Shown here piece after piece: positions 36,132 to 44,288 of a DNA stretch of 46,806 nucleotides. Numbering within the stretch: position 1 is the stretch's first letter; each line of letters starts with the position of its first letter. Origin of the DNA: Parachlamydiales bacterium (GTDB lineage Bacteria > Chlamydiota > Chlamydiia > Chlamydiales > Parachlamydiaceae); NCBI GenBank assembly GCA_020051075.1, contig JAGVJP010000116.1, positions 1 through 46,806 on the forward strand, in the 5' to 3' direction. The notes below the pieces were generated by a model, which was not told where the DNA came from, ran no database searches, and saw nothing but the letters and a program-made list of their open reading frames with translations. The translations under genes were made by a program, and so were the position numbers.

Positions 36132-36690
36132 AACTTGCCTTAACTAATTGAGAGATCGACTTAAACTGAGGATGTGAGGCATCTTTGATCAATTCAAAGA
36201 GCACTGTTTCGGAACTGCTGATCCGCGCACCAGCGTCGCGCATTTCTGCGATAGCCGTTGAATAGTCAAAGATCGAGCGGGAAGCGATGGCGTCATTTAA
36301 GACGACAACCTCTTTTCCATTGTTTATAAGGTCTCTCACCGTTTGCAGAACGCAGATATGTGCTTCGATGCCCACAACAACCCATTGTGTTTGTTGAGAG
36401 GAGAGAATATGCGTTTCCAGCGCAGGGTCGTTGAGGCATGAAAACGCTGTTTTAACAAAGGGGTGATAGCTATCTTTAAGCAGGGATTGCAGAGGAGCTA
36501 AAGTGGCTCCTAATCCTTCTGGATATTGCTCAGTCAAGAAAATGGGCAAATGGAGGAGTTGGAAACCTTGTACAATTTTCCAGAGGGCGCCCAGAAGAGC
36601 TGGTCCCTGTTCCATTTTGGAGAAGAGCTTGTCTTGCATATCCAGGATCAAGAGAGCGGTCTGAGTTGGTTTTAAGGTAAAAGATCTCAT
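36118..36690 (-). CDS. Isochorismatase-family hydrolase
   Basis: ALLILDMQ, TEQYPEGLG, KTAFSC and GIEAHICVLQT. Confidence 0.92.
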   Translation of the reverse strand: MRSFTLKPTQTALLILDMQDKLFSKMEQGPALLGALWKIVQGFQLLHLPIFLTEQYPEGLGATLAPLQSLLKDSYHPFVKTAFSCLNDPALETHILSSQQTQWVVVGIEAHICVLQTVRDLINNGKEVVVLNDAIASRSIFDYSTAIAEMRDAGARISSSETVLFELIKDASHPQFKSISQLVKASCGCC

Positions 36691-37022
36691 CCCATTGCTC
36701 CTAAGGGGCGGCCGCCGATTAAGTGGAAATGAAGGTGGAAAATTGTTTGACCGGCATAGGCTCCGTTATTTGTTAACAGGCGATACCCCTCTTCGATGCC
36801 GAATTGAGCAGCTAATTCCTGCGCGACGAGCATCACTTCCGTGATCAGAGTCAGATCCTCTTTCGTTGCTTTTTGCAAGGAGGCAATCTCTTTTTTTGGA
36901 ATGATCAGGAGATGTACCGGTGCAATGGGATGAAGGTCTTTGATCGCAAGAATTCGTTCGTTTTCGAAAACTTTTTCAGAGGGAAGTTCCCCTTTGATGA
37001 TCTTTCCAAAAATTGTTGCCAT
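36687..37022 (-). CDS. hinT: Histidine triad nucleotide-binding protein
   Basis: TIFGKII, P.APVHLLIIPK and the HIT motif GQTIFHLHFHLIGG. Confidence 0.92.
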   Translation of the reverse strand: MATIFGKIIKGELPSEKVFENERILAIKDLHPIAPVHLLIIPKKEIASLQKATKEDLTLITEVMLVAQELAAQFGIEEGYRLLTNNGAYAGQTIFHLHFHLIGGRPLGAMG

Positions 37023-37929
37023 TTCCTTCCACCTTTCCATTTTTAAGGGTATATTCTAAGGCTTTAAATGCATCTTCACGAGTTTCCCAAACAGAAATAA
37101 ATCGTCCTTTATGGCAAAATATTGCTCCTGGTATTCCTGAAACACGTTTTAACTCTTCATCCAGCAGACCTGCCCATTCAATAGGTAGCGGCAAACGGAC
37201 TTTCATCCGATTCTGGTATGAAGGGGGGATGCCTCTAAGCTTCCAATGATTGCCTGATGGCATAATCACAAACAGTGCAGGATGCTTTTCTCCGTCCAGT
37301 TCAAAAAAGATATCGAGCCAAGGGATGTTTTTCTCAAAGATCAGGCAATTTTTATATGCTGCCATACAGGCCGAGACCGTTTCGCGGCAAGATTGGACGT
37401 AACGGAAGCGTTCGAGCATTCTTCTGAGGTAGTGATAGGCAAACTTTAAAGCTTCATGAAACGCTTGGTCCTGTTCCTCAGGCGTGCAGTCATAGTGGAT
37501 GGGAGTGAAGTTTGAGACGACATGGGAGAAAGAGCAGAAGCCTGGGATCAGGGGGTCTCGACCGTTATCGTGAGCGTCAACTCCCATCACTAAGCTTCGG
37601 TTGAAGAAGTCGTATTCATTCGATTGGATGATGTTCTTGCGTAAGAGGTATTCCAAAACCATTCCTGCACTGCTATAAGGTCCTTGATAGTCAGCTTGGT
37701 GATGGTCAAAAAGCTTCTGTTCCGGGTCATAAAGACCGCCGACATCACAGACAAATTCACATGTTGCTAGGATCGTAGTGTCTCGTGTGCGGAAAATTTT
37801 ATCTTCGTCAATGAGATTAAAGAGCATGAGCAGAGCGCATGCAGTGACTTCATCTGCATGAAATGTTCCATCATGTATTCCGCAGCTGCGAAGGATTTTT
37901 TGGATATTCAAGGCGCCCTCTCCAATCAA
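36976..37929 (-). CDS. MYG1-family protein (DHH-like exonuclease)
   Basis: HDGTFHADEV, DVGG.YD, FDHHQ, SSAG, DAHDNG and FCHKGRF. Confidence 0.92.
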   Translation of the reverse strand: MIGEGALNIQKILRSCGIHDGTFHADEVTACALLMLFNLIDEDKIFRTRDTTILATCEFVCDVGGLYDPEQKLFDHHQADYQGPYSSAGMVLEYLLRKNIIQSNEYDFFNRSLVMGVDAHDNGRDPLIPGFCSFSHVVSNFTPIHYDCTPEEQDQAFHEALKFAYHYLRRMLERFRYVQSCRETVSACMAAYKNCLIFEKNIPWLDIFFELDGEKHPALFVIMPSGNHWKLRGIPPSYQNRMKVRLPLPIEWAGLLDEELKRVSGIPGAIFCHKGRFISVWETREDAFKALEYTLKNGKVEGNGNNFWKDHQRGTSL

Positions 37930-38310
37930 AATACAGAGTTTTAAGAGGGGGGATTATGTCAGAAAAATCATTTATCGCAAAGGCTATAAAATTAGACGTT
38001 AGGTTATGAACAATTCTTGAGAGGTCATCATGAGGCTTGTTGACAGAGAGTATGAGGCAAAGCTATCGAGGGAGGTTTTTGTAACATGTTGATGATTAGT
38101 ATTTTAAAACAATTTTACATCTCTTAAAAGATGAGGTATCCCATGCTGTTGTGCTTAATAGACGGAAATCCGAATAGAGTTATCCACAAAATTCCCACAG
38201 TAACCCCTTTAAATACAAAATATTTAAAAAATATAGGCGTAAATTAGGCGTACAAAATAATTTTTATCGTTAAAAATTGCAAGTGCTTATAAAGTGAAGA
38301 TGCACTAGAG

Positions 38311-40461
38311 GTGAAAGAGGTTATGGAAGAGTTATTTGAAATAGATCAATATGATTTAGCGACGCCAGATGGGATGATTACCGATATAAAAATCATCAAT
38401 GAATACTCTGCCGAGGCGGTTGTCTTCATCGAAAAAATTTCTTCTTCTTTTGTCGGATTTCAAATCGATCCTGAATCCATCTTCTTCAATATTAAAAGTA
38501 CCCTTGCGCAACTTGGTTTGAACGGCATTTGCCAATCTTATGAGTTAGATCGAAAAAATCGCTGCGCTCAAGTGCAGGTTTTGCTCCAAACGTATGGCCG
38601 CCTTGCAGTCGAGATGTTAAAGCTGTTGCAAGTAGGAGCTTACATCGGAAAGTTATTTGCAGCTGATGAGAGACGCCGTGTTCGAGATCCTGATTATCTT
38701 TCTCGGATGTTTGGACGCTCAGATCGAAGTGGAAGACCATTGCTTGCTTTAGGAGGTCTGCAAGGGAGCGACGATTTAATCTTAGACAAAGTTGATGGGA
38801 GAACAGTCGCTTATCTGACGTTGCAGAATGGACGCATCGTCTACGATTCATCCATCTACGGTTTCCTTCCTACACTTGCTAAAGCTCTTCTTGTTAAAAA
38901 TAAAATGAGGGGGTTGCTTGCACTGCATCAAGAATGGAAGCCTCTCAGTCCAAGGAATGTCAATGACGAGGAAATCCTCCTTGTTAAAACCTTGCCGCTG
39001 CATATCCGCACAGTCTTTGGTCGGGTTGTCGATAGCTTGCTTTCAAGTGGTTATCACCATACCTCAGCCTCTATTTTGCAGCCTGATACTTTTGCTTCTG
39101 GAGATATCTATGAACTCTATGGAAAAAGTAAAAGGGAGATCACTGATATTCCCCTAGAGTTCTATACACTCGAACCCTACAGAGAGTATGTCTTTTTTTC
39201 CGATCGCGATCAGTTGCAGGTATGTCTAGAGGATAATAAAACCTTATTCGAAGCCTTTGAAACCGCTCCGATGCCTTTTGAAAATCGTGCTGCGGTATTT
39301 ATTGTCAAAGGACAGCAGTTAAAAAATCTTAAATCAGATGATTGGGTTGCCAGAGAACCTCGCCTGCATGAATTTCCAGGATTATTTCATAGCACGCGGC
39401 AAGCGCTCATGGTTGAGCGCTATATTGAGCAGCAGCCTTCCTACCCCTTTCTAAAAAGCATCGATAATGGCACCATCACCAGCCAGGGGATCTTGCTCAC
39501 ACGCTATTTTCCCTCTCCGCTGATGAAGCGGATGCTTCTTAGTGATCAAGTCCAGCGTTGTTTAAAAGGGATCTATTTCTTATATCCTTCTTTTTCAAGC
39601 TTAAATTTTTTCTCAGCTGAAGATCGCGCTCTTCTTCATGACCTCGATAAATTCGCCATCCCTGTTTATTGGGTCGATACTGTCACCAAGCAGATCTTGC
39701 AATATGCGCAGAAGCCCGAGAGGGATTCCGGACTATTTGTTCCACTCAATGCTGTCGACCTATTTTTGAAATCGACAATTTTTGGTATATATGGCTCTAA
39801 TCTACGTTCAGGATTGTTTGAACAAGAACTGCATGCACTTTTTAAAGGCCTTTTGGAGATGCGTGCAGAAGTCAACCACCCTTTGTTGAGTAAAAACACT
39901 CCTCTATCCTTAGTGACGGGAGGAGGGCCGGGAGCCATGGAAGTTGGAAATCGAGTTGCAAAAGAACTTAAAATCCTATCGTGCGCTAATATTGTCGATT
40001 TCAGTCCCCCTTCCGACCATGAGGCTGTCGTCAACGAACAGATTCAGAACCCTTTCGTTGAAGCTAAAATGACTTACAGGCTCGATAAGTTAGTGGAAAG
40101 GCAGGCCGAATTCAATTTGGATTTCCCAATATTCCTTCCTGGAGGTATTGGAACAGATTTTGAGTATTCTCTCGAAGAGGTGAGAAGGAAAGTCGGATCG
40201 GTCATCGCAACGCCCATGCTCCTCTTTGGCGATGCCGATTATTGGAGCAGGAAAGTGAGTAGCCGCTTCAAATGCAATCTAGAGACAGGGACAATTGAAG
40301 GCTCTGAATGGATCAGCAACTGTTTTTACTGTGTTCAAACAGCAAAACAAGGGCTGCAAGTCTATCGGGACTACTTTTTAGGCAAGCTCCCTATCGGAAA
40401 AAATGGCCCTGTCTATGAAGAGGGTTTTGTTAGGGTTTCAGCCGATGGCGTTGTTGCATAA
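38311..40461 (+). CDS. Chlamydial LOG-family domain protein (CT387-like)
   Basis: C-terminal TGGGPGAM and PGGIGTDFE (PGGxGTxxE) motifs on a long N-terminal extension, divergent from MYG1. Confidence 0.8.
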   Translation: MKEVMEELFEIDQYDLATPDGMITDIKIINEYSAEAVVFIEKISSSFVGFQIDPESIFFNIKSTLAQLGLNGICQSYELDRKNRCAQVQVLLQTYGRLAVEMLKLLQVGAYIGKLFAADERRRVRDPDYLSRMFGRSDRSGRPLLALGGLQGSDDLILDKVDGRTVAYLTLQNGRIVYDSSIYGFLPTLAKALLVKNKMRGLLALHQEWKPLSPRNVNDEEILLVKTLPLHIRTVFGRVVDSLLSSGYHHTSASILQPDTFASGDIYELYGKSKREITDIPLEFYTLEPYREYVFFSDRDQLQVCLEDNKTLFEAFETAPMPFENRAAVFIVKGQQLKNLKSDDWVAREPRLHEFPGLFHSTRQALMVERYIEQQPSYPFLKSIDNGTITSQGILLTRYFPSPLMKRMLLSDQVQRCLKGIYFLYPSFSSLNFFSAEDRALLHDLDKFAIPVYWVDTVTKQILQYAQKPERDSGLFVPLNAVDLFLKSTIFGIYGSNLRSGLFEQELHALFKGLLEMRAEVNHPLLSKNTPLSLVTGGGPGAMEVGNRVAKELKILSCANIVDFSPPSDHEAVVNEQIQNPFVEAKMTYRLDKLVERQAEFNLDFPIFLPGGIGTDFEYSLEEVRRKVGSVIATPMLLFGDADYWSRKVSSRFKCNLETGTIEGSEWISNCFYCVQTAKQGLQVYRDYFLGKLPIGKNGPVYEEGFVRVSADGVVA

Positions 40462-40515
40462 ATCATCAATCACCACTGATCTCAGTGGCTCGGTGGCGAT
40501 TTTATGTAACAAGAA

Positions 40516-40566
40516 ATGACAGGATGGGAAAGATAGGAAGGATAATGATGATAAAAGGAGAAAGGA
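40516..40566. repeat. Family A repeat, half copy
   Basis: acaggatgggaaagataggaaggataatgatgataaaaggagaaagg matches 8310-8356. Confidence 0.75.
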
Positions 40567-40567
40567 A

Positions 40568-41512
40568 TCAGATTCTGGCGCCAGCGCAGGGACATAAATT
40601 CACTCCTCCACCAGCGATCCCGAGTTGTATGGTGACTAGGCATCGATCAAGGATGATCGTTGAAATTTTTCCAGCAGCGTCGTCTCGGTCAAAGGTAAAG
40701 ATAAAAGAGGGGTCTTGTTGTGTTGAATCACCATGGGGATCAAAAAACTCAACATCCCTATTCGGACGAAATCTCACGGCAAATGTCTCTGTTCCTGCAC
40801 TGATCGTAAATCCTATTAAGTGATCCATGGAGTCGATCAAACTCTGAACAGAACTAGTTAATGTTTGATGTTCCCGCCCTTCAACGTCCAAATTAACTTG
40901 AATTGGGAAATAGGTTGCCTCTCCAATTGCGTCTACTAACATCAAATTAGAGAAAGCGTCTAACATTAACAGCTCGGATGGGTCATCCATTCCGTAATTG
41001 CCTTCTGCATCAGGAGGGAGGATGCCTCGTTCAAGCCCTCTTTGAATGAAATCGGTCAGACTCTCTGGAGTAAAGTCGATTTCTTTGCCGCTGGCTAAAA
41101 AGCCTAAGGAGTTTCTTGTGCAGCCTGCTCTAAACCCTTCCTTACTCTGGTTGCTCCAAGCGATTGTGACGCCTTTAGCGCCATATTTTATTGCTTCCGC
41201 GCGAACGTTATCAGATGGCAGAGCGTTTTCAGGAATGATACTTTGCGGTTGAACAGGCACCTCTTCAGTTGTGATTGCTCTGTTAGCAACGTCATTGAGC
41301 TTAGAATCGATTGGAGGTGTTTGCGGTTGGAGGGGAACAGCGGAATGGTTTCTCAATCCATGAGGAAAATAATGACGAAGAGCAATGAATGCTGCTGCGA
41401 TCAATGCGATGACAGTGACAGCAAAAAGAACAATTTTATTTGGCAGTGTGTTAATCCACTGGTTTGTTGTATGAAAAACTCTGGAAATAATAGGCTGAAA
41501 TATATTATTCAT
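40568..41512 (-). CDS. Membrane-anchored VTD-type (herpesvirus tegument, peptidase C76-like) deubiquitinase
   Basis: N-terminal TM helix, SNQ.....RAGCTRNSL (Cys codon about 41120) and the inverted-order catalytic motif FFDPHG (about 40731-40746). Confidence 0.7.
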   Translation of the reverse strand: MNNIFQPIISRVFHTTNQWINTLPNKIVLFAVTVIALIAAAFIALRHYFPHGLRNHSAVPLQPQTPPIDSKLNDVANRAITTEEVPVQPQSIIPENALPSDNVRAEAIKYGAKGVTIAWSNQSKEGFRAGCTRNSLGFLASGKEIDFTPESLTDFIQRGLERGILPPDAEGNYGMDDPSELLMLDAFSNLMLVDAIGEATYFPIQVNLDVEGREHQTLTSSVQSLIDSMDHLIGFTISAGTETFAVRFRPNRDVEFFDPHGDSTQQDPSFIFTFDRDDAAGKISTIILDRCLVTIQLGIAGGGVNLCPCAGARI

Positions 41513-41591
41513 GATAATAACTTTGTTGTTTTAAAACGCTATTATATCAAATAAATTTTATTTTGTCAATGAATACATCCAAATCATGGAG

Positions 41592-41727
41592 AACAGGATT
41601 GACAAGATAGGAAAGATAAAATAGATGGAATAATCTTTTTCACTTTTTCTCTTAATTTTGTCTAAATTCTCTATCTTTTTTATCCTGTCAATCCTGCAGC
41701 GAAGCGATCCTGCCTATCCTGTTAACC
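41592..41727. repeat. Family A inverted repeat
   Basis: aacaggattgacaagataggaaagata faces tatcttttttatcctgtcaatcctg...atcctgcctatcctgtt. Confidence 0.75.
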
Positions 41728-41768
41728 TTGATTTGGGTGTATTCACTTGTCTGCGTCTGCTTATCCTG

Positions 41769-42686
41769 TTAACCTTGAGTTGGGGGACTGGTTTTTGTGA
41801 CAGTTGTGACAGCCTGATCTTCATTGTACATGGCCGCTTTAAGAAAAGAAGTGAGTTGGTCATTTGGAAATTTATCTCCTGGGTTCGGCATTCCGATCAG
41901 CAGAAGCGAAAGATAATTCAACCCTGCAACAGGTTGGCCGGCTATCTCTGCAATATTTCTCCAGTAGTTGCGTGCATAGTTTGGATAGTTTTCTAAGAAT
42001 TTTTTCACCTGTCCAATCGTTGGAGCGAATGCGTTGATCTGCGGCCCCGCCTTGTAGTAGTTTCTCCATCCTTGGAAGGCTATGCGGACAATTCTTGGGA
42101 GTTCATCATTCGTTAACGTCTCTAAATTATCAATTTTCTTATAGCCTTCTGAGTTGACTAAAGCAACATATTCAGGGGGGGCGGCTTTCCAATTTGAAGG
42201 GATCCATTCAGGCAGTCGTTGAAGAAATTCTTCAAATTCTGCCGAGCTGATCGGATGTTTAGCATATTCTGGAGCGAGTAAACGATTCCATGTGTGGTAG
42301 AGGAAGAGAAGGTCTGGTGGAGCAGAAACATTTTTCTCAGCCTCTTGAACGATCAGATTTTCCTTATCGCCGTAGAACCCAGGAAGATATCCCATTTTTT
42401 TTCCAGCATTGACTTTAATATACTGAGGGAATTGCCACAGAAAAACAGAGAATTCTCGATTAGTTACCGCTAGAAAAGGGGCGGTGCTGTCTTCTTTCTG
42501 AATGAGTTCCCCATACCATGAATACATTCCCAGCACGATGGCTAAGAGCGCTGCTGCCATGAAAAGCCAAGTCCAAAACGGTAAAGACTTCAGTACCGGC
42601 TTATTTTGAATAAAATCCTTCTCGGATAACGGCTGAGGAGGTGGCGAGAACATTTTATCTCTAAGGTCGCGTTGATCTTTGTTCAT
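41769..42686 (-). CDS. Hypothetical membrane-anchored protein
   Basis: Likely start MNKDQRD at 42686, immediately after the DUF1207 stop. Single TM segment. Confidence 0.75.
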   Translation of the reverse strand: MNKDQRDLRDKMFSPPPQPLSEKDFIQNKPVLKSLPFWTWLFMAAALLAIVLGMYSWYGELIQKEDSTAPFLAVTNREFSVFLWQFPQYIKVNAGKKMGYLPGFYGDKENLIVQEAEKNVSAPPDLLFLYHTWNRLLAPEYAKHPISSAEFEEFLQRLPEWIPSNWKAAPPEYVALVNSEGYKKIDNLETLTNDELPRIVRIAFQGWRNYYKAGPQINAFAPTIGQVKKFLENYPNYARNYWRNIAEIAGQPVAGLNYLSLLLIGMPNPGDKFPNDQLTSFLKAAMYNEDQAVTTVTKTSPPTQG

Positions 42687-42687
42687 A

Positions 42688-43722
42688 TTAAAATCCATAA
42701 GTTCCACGAATTGCAAAATAGCGCGTTGGACATAATGAGAACTGTCCATCGACCGAATAGCCATCATGATATTCTATAAATAAGCGCAGCCGGCGGCGGA
42801 GGCCGGAAACCTTGCCCCATTCATACCCAAGCGTATACGTTGCATTGATGTGGTGCTTGAAATGACTTTGATAGTAGAAATCCATCGCCAAGAAAGGGAC
42901 GCCATAAAGACGGTCGCAATAGTCCCGATAACTCAACTCAAAAAGGCGCAGCTCCACCCCTCCCTCACAATAAAAAGGGCCCACGCGGAATGACTCATCT
43001 TGACAGGCGAGCCAGCCGACTCCGCAGTAGAGTCGTATATCGCGCGTGAAGTGGTTGGAGATGTAGAAATCAAACGCCTCAATACTTGGGTTGCGCCGGT
43101 CAAAGCCGGGATGATTCAAGAGAAATTCGTCGCCGATGTGAGTGGAGATATGATATCCCCGCAGACGAAACGCCCAGTTACCGAAAGCATAGCTAATCGG
43201 GAAGCCGACATAGTAGTCCGCATCGATCAGTGGGGAAGATTCATGCAAAGGGTCAAAGACAGCCCAAACTGCCCCTTCAATCCCGAATTCAAGGTCACCG
43301 CGTAAATACCAGATGTCGCACCAGCGGAAGATGGGGAAGATGTCTCCAAAAGAGACAGGGATCACATTTTTTGTCAATGCCTGGTCGTTGAACCTCCACC
43401 CGACTGAGTAGGTTATCTGCCTGGGATCCGCGATGAAGGGGCGGAAAAGCGGAGGAACTTCAGGAAACCAGATCCCCCATAAATTATTCGACCTTGCATA
43501 CTCGCAATCTGTTTCTCCGCCTGCCGAGTACCAACAGTGATCTGTGTAGTGGTCGTGCCAAGTTTCAGGATCATGAGGGTCAAGCGATGCTGATGGATCG
43601 GGACAGTCTGGGGAGGGGTTTCCACTCTTCACAGCCTCGGCGGTAAGAAATAGGGGATTTCCACAACAGAGCAGAAGAAAGCTAAAAAACAATAAAATCG
43701 TTCGTGTCATGATGTTAGTCAC
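42688..43722 (-). CDS. DUF1207 protein (probable outer-membrane beta-barrel, CT389-like)
   Basis: Signal peptide, FRPFIADPRQ, LIDADYYVG, YHISTHIGDEF and terminal YGF. Confidence 0.8.
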   Translation of the reverse strand: MTNIMTRTILLFFSFLLLCCGNPLFLTAEAVKSGNPSPDCPDPSASLDPHDPETWHDHYTDHCWYSAGGETDCEYARSNNLWGIWFPEVPPLFRPFIADPRQITYSVGWRFNDQALTKNVIPVSFGDIFPIFRWCDIWYLRGDLEFGIEGAVWAVFDPLHESSPLIDADYYVGFPISYAFGNWAFRLRGYHISTHIGDEFLLNHPGFDRRNPSIEAFDFYISNHFTRDIRLYCGVGWLACQDESFRVGPFYCEGGVELRLFELSYRDYCDRLYGVPFLAMDFYYQSHFKHHINATYTLGYEWGKVSGLRRRLRLFIEYHDGYSVDGQFSLCPTRYFAIRGTYGF

Positions 43723-43893
43723 ATTTAAGTTCGGCCAAAGAGGGCAGCAACAATAACGATAACGTTTAACAAATCAGCGAGATTATATCAAGGCAGTTTT
43801 TTACACTCCGGAAGAAAAGGGCAAAGATCCCTTTTTTAACGCTTTTGTTTCTTTGCGTTAAAATCGTTCATAAAGTCCATATCTGTCCATTTA

Positions 43894-44149
43894 GGCTATT
43901 TTCATAACTTTGTCAAAACACTCCTCCCTCTGAATAACACCTATTCTGCCCCTATCTTTCCTATCCTGCTAATTTTACAGGATGAGGAGGATAGGAAAGA
44001 TAGGGCAGGATAGCAAATATCTTACGTACCATCATCCTTTTTATCCTTCCCATCCTGTCAATTTTTACAGGATAGGGAGGATAGGAAAGATGGGGCAGGA
44101 TAGTTTGTTATTCAGGGGCTAGTGGCTTGACGAAGTTATGAAAATAGCC
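43894..44149. mobile_element. MITE, 256 bp, with 23-bp TIRs and an 8-bp TSD
   Basis: TIRs ggctattttcataactttgtcaa and ttgacgaagttatgaaaatagcc match at 22/23 positions. Flanked by the direct repeat TCCATTTA (43886-43893 and 44150-44157). No ORF inside. Confidence 0.85.
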
Positions 44150-44288
44150 TCCATTTAAACTTATGCAATGACCTCTTGTGCTCTCTTATGTCTTCTCATT
44201 TCTTTATTATTTTAGTATTTATCATAGATTAACAGTGATTATACTATAATTAATAATTGTTATATTATCGTATGATAAAGTTGTAATT

